DNA from: Planctomycetota bacterium
Lineage (GTDB): Bacteria; Planctomycetota; UBA1135; UBA2386
Length of the DNA stretch: 64,000 nucleotides
Assembly: GCA_965223545.1 (NCBI GenBank)
Contig: OZ245006.1
Coordinates: forward strand, 3,776,001-3,840,000
Direction of reading: 5' to 3'
Below the pieces are notes generated by a model. The model was not told the origin of the DNA. It searched no databases and was given only the letters and a program-made list of their open reading frames with translations. The number at the start of each line of letters is the position of its first letter. The first letter of the stretch is position 1. A program made the translations under genes and the position numbers. This document shows positions 28,978-39,131 of the stretch, one piece after another.

Positions 28978-31034
28978 CGCTCCTCCCCACCGAGCACGGC
29001 CGAGTAGTCAAAGTCGAACGGCGGCGGCGCATCGGTGCGCCGGGCCCCGGGCCTCAAGTAGTGGTCCAGCCAGCGCAGAGTGCGCACCGCGTAGTCGTAG
29101 CGATAGACGTTGGTCCGGTTGCCGTGACCCTCGCCGGGATACTGGACGTAGCGCGTCGGCGTATCGGTCGCGAACTTGACCGCGCGATAGAGCATGAAGG
29201 GCTGGCTCGGGTGCACGCGCGGGTCGGCGGTGCCCCCCAGCAGCAGCAGCGGCGTGCGGCATCGGGCGGCATACGTCAGCGGACTCCGGTCGGAGAGGAA
29301 CCCGCGCTGCTCGTGCGGCCACGCCTCCTGATAGTGCACGTAGAAGAATTCGTAAGGGATGTCCGACGTCAGCCACTTGGTGCGGATGTCGACGAACGGC
29401 ACGAAGCTCACCGCCGCGGCGAAGTGCTCGCTGTGCCGGGTCGCGGCCCACGCCGCGGTGTAGCCACCATACGAGCCGCCGCCGATCGCAACGCGGTCGG
29501 GGTCGATCAGGCCGCGCTCGTCGAAGTACGCGATCGCGTCCAAATGGTCGCGAAACTCGGCGCCCATCGGGTCGCCGTGATCGGCCTTGGCAAAGGCCAC
29601 TCCGTATCCCGTGCTGGCGCGGTAATTGGGATACCAGGCGTAGTAGTTGCGCGCAGCCAGCATCTGCCCCCAGCTGCCGTAGCTGGTGAGCCAGCCGTTG
29701 CTGTAGTGCGACTCCGGCCCGCCATGGGCGACGATCACCAGCGGCCGCCGGGTCCCCTCGCGGTGCTCGAGGGGATGGATCAACAACCCCTCGATCTCGA
29801 GACCGTCGCGCGCGCGATAGCGAACGATCTCCTGCTCGCCCAGCGCGACGTCGGCCAACCACGGGTTGGAGTCGGTCAGCGGCGCGTAGAACGGCAGCCC
29901 GTTGCCCGCGCCGTAGAGCTCGGGGGGGTGCCCCGCGGTCGAGCCGACGAAGTAGCGCCCGTGCGGGCCGTCCCATGCGCCCGCCACTGCTTGGAAGGCC
30001 GGCCCCTCGGGAGCGGGCGATCGCTCGTCCAGAATCTCTCCGCTCCGTGGCTCGAGCAGAGCCAGGTTGGTCTGCACGCCGCGGCTGAGCACCACCGACA
30101 GCGCCGGGGACCCGGCATGCGTCGACCAGTGCACGTCGTGCACCATGCCGCGCAGCGCGCGCGTCAGGCAGCGCACCGCACCCGAACGTCGCTCCACCAC
30201 GAACAGCGTGCCGGCGTGCGGATCGTTGCGATCGGCCGCGCTGATGTAGGCCAGCTCGGACGCATCGGCATTCCAGCGAAAGCCGCCCAGCTTGCCCGGG
30301 TTGTCGACCAACAGCGCGCTCGCACCGGTCGCCGGGTCGATCTGGTGGAGCCGCTTGAACATGTAGCTGTCGTCGACCAGGTTGCGCGGCGCGATCGCGG
30401 CCGCGATCACGCTGCCGTCCGGCGACCATTCGAAGTCGAAGACGGTTCGCTCCCGCGTGAGCTGCCGCGTGGATCCATCCCCTCGATCCCACAACCAGAG
30501 GCTTCGATGAGAGTAGTCCTCGTCGACCACCTCTTGGCGAAAGCCGCGCTCCCGCGCGGCCGCGCGGGCCTCGGGCGCGGGATCGAGGACGGTGAACGCG
30601 ATCTGCGCGCCGTCCGGCTGCCACGCGTAGCTCGACACGCCATGCGGCGTGCGGGTCACGCGCACCGGCTCGTCCCCATCGAGCCCGATCGCCCAGACCT
30701 CGGGGTGCGGGTCGTCCTCGCCCTTGTGCACGAAGCAGATCCTCTCCTCGCGCGGATCCCAGCTCACCCCGCCCACACCGCGTTGTCCGCCCAGCAGCAA
30801 CCGCTCGCCGCCATCCTCGAGCAAGAAGAGGTGCGCGTAGCTCGTGCCGGGACCATCGCTGATCGGGCGCGGCTCGGTGCGGGTGAACGCGACGCGGCCG
30901 CCATCCGGGCTCGGGTAGACACCGATGACCGCACGCAGGCGCATCATCTGCTCTGGAGTCAAGCCTTGGGCCAAAGCCGCGGGCGCCGCCAGCGCGAGAC
31001 TCACGGCGAAAAAGCTTCGAGATGTCGGTGTCAT
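28974..31034 (-). CDS. S9-family peptidase, secreted; tandem paralogue of the downstream gene
   Basis: Same catalytic triad motifs (GGSYGG, DPRV, EGHG); ATGA overlap with the next gene. Confidence 0.93.
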   Translation of the reverse strand: MTPTSRSFFAVSLALAAPAALAQGLTPEQMMRLRAVIGVYPSPDGGRVAFTRTEPRPISDGPGTSYAHLFLLEDGGERLLLGGQRGVGGVSWDPREERICFVHKGEDDPHPEVWAIGLDGDEPVRVTRTPHGVSSYAWQPDGAQIAFTVLDPAPEARAAARERGFRQEVVDEDYSHRSLWLWDRGDGSTRQLTRERTVFDFEWSPDGSVIAAAIAPRNLVDDSYMFKRLHQIDPATGASALLVDNPGKLGGFRWNADASELAYISAADRNDPHAGTLFVVERRSGAVRCLTRALRGMVHDVHWSTHAGSPALSVVLSRGVQTNLALLEPRSGEILDERSPAPEGPAFQAVAGAWDGPHGRYFVGSTAGHPPELYGAGNGLPFYAPLTDSNPWLADVALGEQEIVRYRARDGLEIEGLLIHPLEHREGTRRPLVIVAHGGPESHYSNGWLTSYGSWGQMLAARNYYAWYPNYRASTGYGVAFAKADHGDPMGAEFRDHLDAIAYFDERGLIDPDRVAIGGGSYGGYTAAWAATRHSEHFAAAVSFVPFVDIRTKWLTSDIPYEFFYVHYQEAWPHEQRGFLSDRSPLTYAARCRTPLLLLGGTADPRVHPSQPFMLYRAVKFATDTPTRYVQYPGEGHGNRTNVYRYDYAVRTLRWLDHYLRPGARRTDAPPPFDFDYSAVLGGEER

Positions 31035-31136
31035 GGCGCCGCGAATCATAGATCGAGCGCGAACTCCGAGGGGAAGTCGATCGCGACCCGTCGATCGCGC
31101 TTGGCGGTGCGCGACCAGCCGATAGCATGCGCAGCC

Positions 31137-33125
31137 ATGCGAGCCATTGCCCTACCGCTGCTGGTGATCGGCGGCGCGGTGGTTGTCCTGGCCATCTTCG
31201 GCGAGATCTTGGGTTGGAGAGAAGGCCGGGGGCTGCGGTGGCGACAGGCTCAGCTGTTCGTCCTCGGCGTCGCACTCATGGGTCTCGGGGTCGCCGCGTG
31301 GCCGACGCTGCGCCAACGCTTTGCCACCTGGCACCGCTCGCAGGCCAAGATCGGCGCGCTGGCGGTCCTGCTGTTCTCGGTCTGGGTCGGGCTCTTGACC
31401 GGCGTCTTCGAGATCATCCACGGCATCGTCCGCAGCCTGCTGCAGGACACGCTCGATCACCCGGTCGATCTGCTCTGCCTGAAGCCGTTGTGCTACGCCG
31501 TGTACAGCGCGATCCTGGCGGCACCGCTCGCCTTGCTCAACGCGATCCGGCCGGGCACTGTCCGTTTGGCCGAAGTGGTCTTCTGGCTCGTGTTGGTCAT
31601 GGCGTGGGCCCAGTTCTTGGTCCACCGCCGACTCGACAGCGGCGCGGTGTTGGCGCTGTCCGCGGGAATCGCCTGGACCGCCGCGCGCAGCTCGCCGGTC
31701 GGCTCCGGCGCCGTTTGGCGGGTCTGCCGCCGCACCCTGCCGTGGATAGTCGGCCTGATGGTCGTCTCGCTGGGACTCGTGCTGTTGATGCCCTGGTGGC
31801 GCGCGCGCGCGCACCGGCCGCCTGCCGGAGTAACGGCGCCGGCGGCCGCCCCCAACGTGCTGTTCATCGTGCTCGATACGATTCGCGCCGATCACCTGCG
31901 CTGCTACGGCTACGAGCGCGAGACCATGCCGACGATCGACCGGCTGGCGGCGGCCGGCACGCAGTTCGACGCGATGATCGCCAGCTCACCGTGGACGCTG
32001 CCGTCACACTCGACCATGTTCACGGGCAAGTACCGGCACGAGATCTCGTCGGGCTGGACCAGGCCGCTCGACACTTCGTACCCCGTGCTGGCAGAGCGGC
32101 TGATCGCGATGGGCTACAGCACGGCCGGCTTCGTCGGCAATCTCGGCTACTGCTCGCGCCGGCACGGCATCGATCGCGGCTTCGGCCACTACGAGGACTT
32201 CCACTGGACGTTCGGCACGCTCCTGCTGAACACCAGCCTCGGCAACTTCGTCGCATTCCTGTTCAAGGGGCCGGGGTTCGTCGAGCAGATGCGCAACGAT
32301 GCACCGACCGTGGCCAACGGATTCCTCGATTGGCTCGACGACCAGCCGCAAGACGGCCAGCCCTTCTTCGCGTTCCTCAACTTCTTCGACGCGCACGCGG
32401 TCTACGACCCACCACCCGACCTGGAGAACATGTTCTTGCCGCGCAGCGATGTTCTCAAGCAGCACACGTCGGACGCGACGGTCTGGAGCGAGGAACAACT
32501 CGCCGGCATCGTCGCCGCGCATGACGCCTGCATGTTCGCCATCGATCGCGAGATCACGCGCATCGTGGACAACCTGCGCGACCGCGGTGCGCTGGAGCGG
32601 ACCCTGATCGTGATCACCGGCGACCACGGCGAGCAGTTCGGCGAGAACGGCCTGATGGACCACGCCAACAGCCTGTACCGGCCCCTCCTGCACGTGCCGA
32701 TGATCTTTCACTGGCCGGGCGAGCTGCCCGCGCGCCGGATTCCCGACTGGGTCAGCATGCGCGACATCCCGGCCACTGTGCTCGACCTCGTCGACGCACC
32801 CGCGGCGCTGTCATTGCCGGGCAACTCGCTGCGCCATCATTGGCAACCAGAGCTTACAGCGCCGGCCGAACCATCGCCTCTGCTCTCCCAGGTCGCCGCC
32901 GGCATCCGCCGCCCGAAGTGGGAACCGGTCTCGCGCGGGGGAATGCAGTCCATCGCCGTCGGCAGCTTGCACTTCATCCAGTGCGACGACGGCAGCGAAG
33001 AGCTCTACGACATGGCGGCCGATCCGCGCGAAGAGAACAACTTGATCGACGACCCGGCCTATGCCGATCGCCGCGATGCGATGCGCAAGGAGCTCGCCGA
33101 ACGCTTGCGCGACCGATTGCGCTGA
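31137..33125 (+). CDS. Multi-TM membrane-anchored sulfatase-like hydrolase/transferase (Thr-type active site)
   Basis: About seven hydrophobic helices, then PNVLFIVLDTIRAD, SPWTLPSHSTMFTG, DAH, GDHGE and HVPMI. Confidence 0.88.
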   Translation: MRAIALPLLVIGGAVVVLAIFGEILGWREGRGLRWRQAQLFVLGVALMGLGVAAWPTLRQRFATWHRSQAKIGALAVLLFSVWVGLLTGVFEIIHGIVRSLLQDTLDHPVDLLCLKPLCYAVYSAILAAPLALLNAIRPGTVRLAEVVFWLVLVMAWAQFLVHRRLDSGAVLALSAGIAWTAARSSPVGSGAVWRVCRRTLPWIVGLMVVSLGLVLLMPWWRARAHRPPAGVTAPAAAPNVLFIVLDTIRADHLRCYGYERETMPTIDRLAAAGTQFDAMIASSPWTLPSHSTMFTGKYRHEISSGWTRPLDTSYPVLAERLIAMGYSTAGFVGNLGYCSRRHGIDRGFGHYEDFHWTFGTLLLNTSLGNFVAFLFKGPGFVEQMRNDAPTVANGFLDWLDDQPQDGQPFFAFLNFFDAHAVYDPPPDLENMFLPRSDVLKQHTSDATVWSEEQLAGIVAAHDACMFAIDREITRIVDNLRDRGALERTLIVITGDHGEQFGENGLMDHANSLYRPLLHVPMIFHWPGELPARRIPDWVSMRDIPATVLDLVDAPAALSLPGNSLRHHWQPELTAPAEPSPLLSQVAAGIRRPKWEPVSRGGMQSIAVGSLHFIQCDDGSEELYDMAADPREENNLIDDPAYADRRDAMRKELAERLRDRLR

Positions 33126-33237
33126 ACGCGCAAGGGTTTGGCCTACGCCGGCGCCGATCGGACAGCGATCGACACGTCATAAGGGACTTTGCACGCAAGC
33201 ACTTCGGCAACGACCGCGGGCGACAGCTCGCGGAGAG

Positions 33238-33266
33238 TTGCGCCCCCACCCTCTCGCAACTACGAT
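33238..33266 (+). promoter_or_regulatory. Sigma70-type promoter for a leaderless transcript
   Basis: TTGCGC-17 nt-TACGAT, with ATG 7 nt downstream at 33274. Confidence 0.6.
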
Positions 33267-33273
33267 TCGCGTC

Positions 33274-33750
33274 ATGCGCACGGGAAGGCTACCGGGCCAA
33301 GAAGAGGCCCTCGCCGAGATGCTGCGCGCGAAGCGAAGACTCGCGCGCCGGCGGTTCCTGCGAATCGCGGGTGGTGGTATGGCCATCGGCCTTGCGGGCG
33401 GAAGCGCGGTGACTGCGCTGGTCATGGCCTCGTCCGCGGATCGTGTGACGCCGCCCACCACGGACACGCCTTTGGAGCACTCACCAAACAAGGAACAACA
33501 GTGGGCCGCTGAGCTCGCCAGCCACGGTACGGAGCGCCAGCTTCTCGATCAGGGATCCTTGTTCTTGACCGTCGCCGAACACAATCCGTCAGACCGACAA
33601 CTCTGGCAGGGTGTGCTGCGGCTCGGCTTCGCTCTCCTCGAAGACGACGGCCGGCACAGCGCGCTGCGCCGACGTCTCATTCACGTGCTCGGGAAGCCCG
33701 AGGCCCCGCCCATTCTGGCTCCCCTGCGCAACCGCCTTCGATCGCCATGA
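33274..33750 (+). CDS. Hypothetical protein with a twin-arginine-like RRRFL motif and hydrophobic segment
   Basis: LARRRFLRIAGGGMAIGLAGGSAVTALVMA; promoter immediately upstream. Confidence 0.55.
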   Translation: MRTGRLPGQEEALAEMLRAKRRLARRRFLRIAGGGMAIGLAGGSAVTALVMASSADRVTPPTTDTPLEHSPNKEQQWAAELASHGTERQLLDQGSLFLTVAEHNPSDRQLWQGVLRLGFALLEDDGRHSALRRRLIHVLGKPEAPPILAPLRNRLRSP

Positions 33751-33788
33751 TGGCCTCACCTCTCCTTCGCTTCACCGTTTCGTGAACC

Positions 33789-34040
33789 ATGGTTAACGGC
33801 AAGCTCAGCGCTGAGCCGAACCCGGCAACCGAGGGGAGCCAGGTCGAGGTGACCTACACCGGCGGGGACGTCGTGTACTACTCGGTGGACGGCGACAGCT
33901 GGACCGAGCTGCCGGTCGACCCAAAAACCGGCGAGGGGACGATCACGATTCCGGCGGGATCGAACTTCGTCACGATCTCCGATCGCAAGATCCCCGAGGC
34001 CTCGACGGTTTGTGTGGAAGTGATGAGGACCAGCCGATGA
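33789..34040 (+). CDS. Small acidic beta-rich hypothetical protein (83 aa)
   Basis: Coding-like codon use; ATGA overlap with the next gene. Confidence 0.6.
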   Translation: MVNGKLSAEPNPATEGSQVEVTYTGGDVVYYSVDGDSWTELPVDPKTGEGTITIPAGSNFVTISDRKIPEASTVCVEVMRTSR

Positions 34041-35173
34041 CCCATTGTTTGCGTGCCTGCAGCATCTCCCTGATCGCCAGCGGGGCGGTTGGCTTGCCCG
34101 CCGCGGCCCAGAACCAAGCTGTGATCCCCGCGATCCACGCGACGCAAGACGCACCCTCGCTCCGATCACTGGCGGGCTTCTGTGCCAACGAGCGACAGCA
34201 GTTCTTGATCGGTCCGAGCCACCTCGCCGCGCTGGCCGGTCGATCCTTGGTCGGCTTCGCGGTGCGCCGCGACAGCCACTACGACCGCGCGCTCGGCAGC
34301 GCCCAGGCACAGCTCTCCGTCAGCCTCTCGGACCGCGCCGGCGATCCCGATCGACCCTCGCCGCAGTTCGCCGCGAACCGGGGCGCGACGCCACGCCAGG
34401 TCTTCTCGGGCAGCGTTGCGGCGCCGGCGTCTCCCGCACTGGGCAGCGGCGCGACCGCGCCGTGGGATGCCGCGCACAGCATTCGCATCGCGTTCGCGCA
34501 GCCATTCCCGTACGCCGGCGGCACCCTGTGCGTGGAGATCGACGGCTACCCCGTCGTTGGCACCACCGAGTGCTTCTGGCCCATCGACGCCGCCGCGGCC
34601 AGCACTCCTGGCGGCGCGGTGCAGCATCTGGGTGCCGCGTGCGGCCCCTTCGCCGCGAGCGGGCTGACGGCTTCGGCCGTGCCCGAGACGCTGCGGCTCG
34701 GCAACACCGCGGTCTTGATCGCCTGGGGTTTGCCGTCGACACCCGCCGTCGCGCTGATCGGCAGCGGGCCGCTGTCGCCACCACTCGATCTCGGGCCAAT
34801 GGGCGCCACCGGGTGCACGCTGCAAGTGAACCCCAGCTTGTCGCTACCGCTGCAGTTCGGGAGCGCGCCCCCACTCGTCAACTCGGGCGCCGCGAACTTG
34901 CGCGTGCAGGTCCCGACTTCACCGACTCTCGCCGGCGGCTCCCTGTTCGCGCAGTGGTTGAACATCGAGACTTCGCTGCCCCGCACCCAATGGAGCAACC
35001 CCGCCGGGATCACGGCCAGCAACGGTCTGCAGGCCACCCTCTCGAGCGCGGTCACCGCGAGCCTCGACATGGCGATGATCACCTCGGCCGCGATGCCCAG
35101 CGGCGCGCCGCTGCCGAGCACGGGCGAGACCGTCCTGCACAAGGCACCGGTGGTCGAGCTGTTGTGGCAGTGA
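34037..35173 (+). CDS. Secreted hypothetical protein with the shared C-terminal-type domain
   Basis: Signal peptide; LGAACG...LRLGN...VPTSPTLAGGSLFAQW...NPAGITASNGL. Confidence 0.72.
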   Translation: MTHCLRACSISLIASGAVGLPAAAQNQAVIPAIHATQDAPSLRSLAGFCANERQQFLIGPSHLAALAGRSLVGFAVRRDSHYDRALGSAQAQLSVSLSDRAGDPDRPSPQFAANRGATPRQVFSGSVAAPASPALGSGATAPWDAAHSIRIAFAQPFPYAGGTLCVEIDGYPVVGTTECFWPIDAAAASTPGGAVQHLGAACGPFAASGLTASAVPETLRLGNTAVLIAWGLPSTPAVALIGSGPLSPPLDLGPMGATGCTLQVNPSLSLPLQFGSAPPLVNSGAANLRVQVPTSPTLAGGSLFAQWLNIETSLPRTQWSNPAGITASNGLQATLSSAVTASLDMAMITSAAMPSGAPLPSTGETVLHKAPVVELLWQ

Positions 35174-35208
35174 CGGGTTGATCCCGAGAACCGTCCCACC
35201 ACTCACGG

Positions 35209-36981
35209 TCAGAGCCCGACGATCGAAGCAATCGATCCCGTGCTGACCACGCCCAGTGGATTGCTCGGCGCGACGGGGTCGTGCACCAACCACGTACCGA
35301 ACAATGCACGCCCGACCAACGCCAATCGGTTGGGCACCTGCAGTGCCACGGACGCCGCGCCCGCGACGTCCGTGGACGTGGCGAGCGTCATCTCGGGTGC
35401 CGAGGCCAGCCAACATCCAGGCCCTGCGCCAAACGTCTGCAGGCTCAGGGGGAGGCGTAACCCGTTCCATCGGTCCATCGATCCGCCGAGCAACAGGGCG
35501 GCCGCCGCGGACCCCGCCGCGCTGGCGAGCTGCACCGCGTAGGCGGCGCCGATCCGGGGCACCCCCTGGGCCGTGATCGACGGAACGCCGGCCGAGCCCT
35601 GGCAAGTGCTCGGGCTGTAGAGCACCGTGCTGGCGAGCGGCGAGCGCAAGCGCCCGATCTCGTTGAGCAGTGCTGCGTGACTTTGTCGCTCGGCCGCGGT
35701 CATCGTTCGGCTCAGGACGTTGGTCGTCTCCCACGGATCGGTGCGCAGGTCGAAGAGCTCATCGGCGCCGCTGACACGATGGATGAGCTTGTAGCGCACG
35801 TCGCGAATGACGGCGTGACCGTTCTGTAGAGGGAGCGGCCACGCCGCACCGGTGAACTCCTCGCAGTAGGTGAACTGACGCTGTGGCACAGCGGCCGGAT
35901 CGCTCAAGTACGGCATCAGGCTCACACTGTCGTGCACCACGTACGCGGGCAACGCAGACCGTGCGCCACACAGCTCGAGCACCGTGGCAAACACGTCGAC
36001 CGAGCACGCCAGGGCGTCGACCTCTCGGCCCGGAGAGGCGACGGCCGGACCAGCGACGATCAGCGGCACGTTGATGCCGCCCTCGTAGGGCGTTCCCTTG
36101 GCCCGGCTCGGGTTGAAGGGAGCCACCGCCTGCTGCTGGACCGAGCCGTTGTCCCCGATGAACACGATGTTGGTCTGCGCCAACACCGCCGGGCCGAGCT
36201 GCCGGAGCAGACGGCCGATCTCGGTATCGAGCGACTCGACCATCGCCCGGTAGAACGGCCGGTTCTGCGGCGTGTGGGTTTGCACCGGCGTCAGACCGCT
36301 CAGATTCTGCGTGTGCAGGTTGGCCGGAGGCGCGTGGTACGGAATGTGTGGCGCGTGATAGGTCAGGTGCAGAAACCACGGCTGGCTCTGCTGCCCGATC
36401 CAACGCAGCGCGTCGTCCGTCGTCTGCGTCGTGCAGTATTGAGTCGAGATCCCGGCAACGCCGTTCTCGACCCGAGTCCACCGAAAGTAGCTCGCGATCT
36501 GCCCCTCCAGCGATCCCGCGTAGTGCGAAAACCCGCCGATCGCGCGGGGTGCGTCCAAGCCATGCGTGACGTCATGTACGTGCCACTTGCCCACGCACGC
36601 GTGGGCGTAGCCCCGCGCCGAGCGGTCCAGCAGCTCGGGCAGCGTCCACTCCGACGGCAACAACGTGCCGATCGGCTCCGAGTTGCTGAGGTGGCGGATC
36701 CACCGGCCGACGAATGTGCGGAACGCGTAGCGCCCGGTCAGGATGCTGGCGCGGGTCGGCGAACACGACGGATTGGCCCAGGCATTGCGGAACAGGACAC
36801 CGCGCTGGGCGAGCGCGTCGATGTTGGGCGTCGGTGGCGGGCTCGTGCCTTCGCGGTAGGCGCCGACGTAGTCGACGCCCAGATCGTCGGCGACGATCAG
36901 CAGTACGTTGGGATCTGAAGACTGGCTGGCGGCGACCGCGGCGGTCAAGAGAACCGCAGTGAGCGCATGGGTGATTCGCAT
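35209..36981 (-). CDS. Cys-type (FGly) sulfatase, secreted, with the shared C-terminal domain
   Basis: Motifs PNVLLIVADDLG, CSPTRASILTG, GKWH, APH, GDNG and KGTPYEGG; C-terminal CQGSAGVP...PRIG...VPNRLALVG. Confidence 0.92.
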   Translation of the reverse strand: MRITHALTAVLLTAAVAASQSSDPNVLLIVADDLGVDYVGAYREGTSPPPTPNIDALAQRGVLFRNAWANPSCSPTRASILTGRYAFRTFVGRWIRHLSNSEPIGTLLPSEWTLPELLDRSARGYAHACVGKWHVHDVTHGLDAPRAIGGFSHYAGSLEGQIASYFRWTRVENGVAGISTQYCTTQTTDDALRWIGQQSQPWFLHLTYHAPHIPYHAPPANLHTQNLSGLTPVQTHTPQNRPFYRAMVESLDTEIGRLLRQLGPAVLAQTNIVFIGDNGSVQQQAVAPFNPSRAKGTPYEGGINVPLIVAGPAVASPGREVDALACSVDVFATVLELCGARSALPAYVVHDSVSLMPYLSDPAAVPQRQFTYCEEFTGAAWPLPLQNGHAVIRDVRYKLIHRVSGADELFDLRTDPWETTNVLSRTMTAAERQSHAALLNEIGRLRSPLASTVLYSPSTCQGSAGVPSITAQGVPRIGAAYAVQLASAAGSAAAALLLGGSMDRWNGLRLPLSLQTFGAGPGCWLASAPEMTLATSTDVAGAASVALQVPNRLALVGRALFGTWLVHDPVAPSNPLGVVSTGSIASIVGL

Positions 36982-37031
36982 ACAGCGGGTTGGTTGACGG
37001 GCGCCCAAAGTAACCCGAGATCGCGTCGCGC

Positions 37032-39011
37032 TCAGCGCGTCTCGAATCCCACCCGCTCCAGCGCAAACGCGGCCGTGGCCTGCTCTCCGCGCACGCGCAC
37101 CGTGATCAGCTGCTCGGCCTCGCCGACACCGGCGGCAGCGGCTTCGACCGCGAGCGAGAACCCCCCGCGCACGGTCGCGCGCGCCAGCCGCCGATCCCCG
37201 ATGGTGACGCCATTGCCCGCGATCTCGACACGGAGCTCGCTGCCGTCGGTGCGACCGGCGAGCACCAGCCGGGGCTGGTCGGCACCTCGGTGCAACAGAA
37301 CGCGTGCGAGGGGCCCACACCACACACCGCCGTCGCGGTCCTCGAACCCGTACATCAGCTTGTCGTGGTGCTCCGGCTCATCGGCGCGGATCATCGCGCT
37401 CGACGCGTAGCGCCCGTTCCAGTCGCTGAAGATCCACTCTTCGTAACTCTCCGGGTCGAAGGCCGGCAGCGCGGTGTCGTAGTTGCGCAGGAAGAACCGG
37501 CTCTCGACGTACGGCCGCCAAAACCACGCGACGCTGTTCGCCATGCCGAAGCCACCGTCGGCAGCGCGGCCATAGCGGCCCCCGAGGATCACGTGTGGCA
37601 ACTTCGACAGCACGTAGTCCCGGTTGGCGTAGACGGCCTCCGCCAACGAGTAGTGCGCAAAGGCGCGGGCCAGCACCTTGTCGTTGAGACCGATCATGTC
37701 GATGCCGGCATGGTCGACGTGGAACGGCAGGTAGCCGAACTCCGACGCCGCGTACGGGCGTCGCGCATCGCGCAGCCGCGCGCGCAGATCGACGACCGCG
37801 TGGTAGTGGCCGGCTCCGGCCCGCTGCAGCTGAATCCGCGGATCGGCAAAATCCAGTTGCCACCACCGATGGTGCTCGACGCGCTCGGTGGCCGCCGACA
37901 CCGTCAACAGAACGGCCATCAGTGGCGCGAGCACGACGGCCCGCCCCGCGCAGACCATCATCCCGGCGGCGCCGACCACCAGCACCGGGTAGTGCGTCAG
38001 CAGGAACCGCCCGTATGGCATGTAGTCGCCGCCCGAGTACGCCACGAAGTACAGCTGGCTGGCGACGAACGCGAGCGGTACCGCTGCGCGCAGGGCAACG
38101 GCGCGCTGCGCCCGCACCCGTGCGGCGCGCAACAGGACGGCCACCACCGCGACGGCGAGCAGGCCCAGTGCTGCGGCGAACGCGACCCCCTTCGCCGCCA
38201 GGTACTCGAGCAGATAGCGCGCGGGGTTGCCCCAGTGGGCCACCGCCAGCTTCACGTTGGTCGGGTTGGGCACGACCCCGCCGAAGTACCACTGCTTGGC
38301 CCAGAGCTGCACCGCCGTCAACGCCGCAAAGACGAGCAACGCCGGCAGGGGCCGTGCCAGGGCGGAGCGCCAGCCGCGATCATTCGCCAGGTCGATCGCG
38401 AACAGGCAGCCAAACGCGACCCCCACGTTCATCAGCCCCTCGGGCCGGAGGTTCGCGCTGAGCCAGCACAACACTGCCAGACCGATCAGCCCCCGCCGCC
38501 CGGTGCGCCGGGCTGCGGCTACGGTCCACGCGCACAGGACAGTGACCACCAGCGCGTAGCTCGTGGTCTCCAGCCCCTGGCAAGACCAAAACGCCAAGAA
38601 CTGGGACGCCGCGATCGGCGGAACGGCGAACCACACCCACGACCGATGGCGGCCGGCGATCGCCCGCACGCAGATGAACGCCGCCACGGCGGTGGCGGCG
38701 AACGCCAACAGGCCGATGATCTTCGTCGCGTGCACCAAGTCGGCGCCGACGAGCCGCGCCAGCGCCAACAGACCGACCAGCACTCCGTTGGAGTAGCCCT
38801 CCTCCGTCGGGCCGCCCGGATAGCTGACCAGCCCCTCGCCGTCGGCCAAGTGACGCGCATAGCGCAGGGTGATCCAGGCGTCCTCGTTGGTGCTGGCATA
38901 GAACTGAAGCCCACTCAGCACCGCGATCGCGGCCCCGACGGCGCACACCGCGGCCACCGCCGCGGCCGAGGTCGCGGCAGGCGGCGGCGGCGAGTCGGCG
39001 GAGTCAGCCAT
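37032..39011 (-). CDS. GT-C fold membrane glycosyltransferase (AftB-like family)
   Basis: Motifs EDAWITLRYARHLADGEGLV, EGYSN, GLET, RPEG, PNP..VK, GGDYM..GRF, GYLPF and IDMIGLND; many TM helices. Confidence 0.75.
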   Translation of the reverse strand: MADSADSPPPPAATSAAAVAAVCAVGAAIAVLSGLQFYASTNEDAWITLRYARHLADGEGLVSYPGGPTEEGYSNGVLVGLLALARLVGADLVHATKIIGLLAFAATAVAAFICVRAIAGRHRSWVWFAVPPIAASQFLAFWSCQGLETTSYALVVTVLCAWTVAAARRTGRRGLIGLAVLCWLSANLRPEGLMNVGVAFGCLFAIDLANDRGWRSALARPLPALLVFAALTAVQLWAKQWYFGGVVPNPTNVKLAVAHWGNPARYLLEYLAAKGVAFAAALGLLAVAVVAVLLRAARVRAQRAVALRAAVPLAFVASQLYFVAYSGGDYMPYGRFLLTHYPVLVVGAAGMMVCAGRAVVLAPLMAVLLTVSAATERVEHHRWWQLDFADPRIQLQRAGAGHYHAVVDLRARLRDARRPYAASEFGYLPFHVDHAGIDMIGLNDKVLARAFAHYSLAEAVYANRDYVLSKLPHVILGGRYGRAADGGFGMANSVAWFWRPYVESRFFLRNYDTALPAFDPESYEEWIFSDWNGRYASSAMIRADEPEHHDKLMYGFEDRDGGVWCGPLARVLLHRGADQPRLVLAGRTDGSELRVEIAGNGVTIGDRRLARATVRGGFSLAVEAAAAGVGEAEQLITVRVRGEQATAAFALERVGFETR

Positions 39012-39131
39012 CGGACGGCGCGCAACCATAGCGCCGAACCCGGCCCGAGACCGCGATCCCCAACCGCCGGAGAGCCTGGGCGCAAAAACACCAGGTCGCG
39101 ATGCGCGCTTCGTTCCGTTCTTGCGAGTCCC

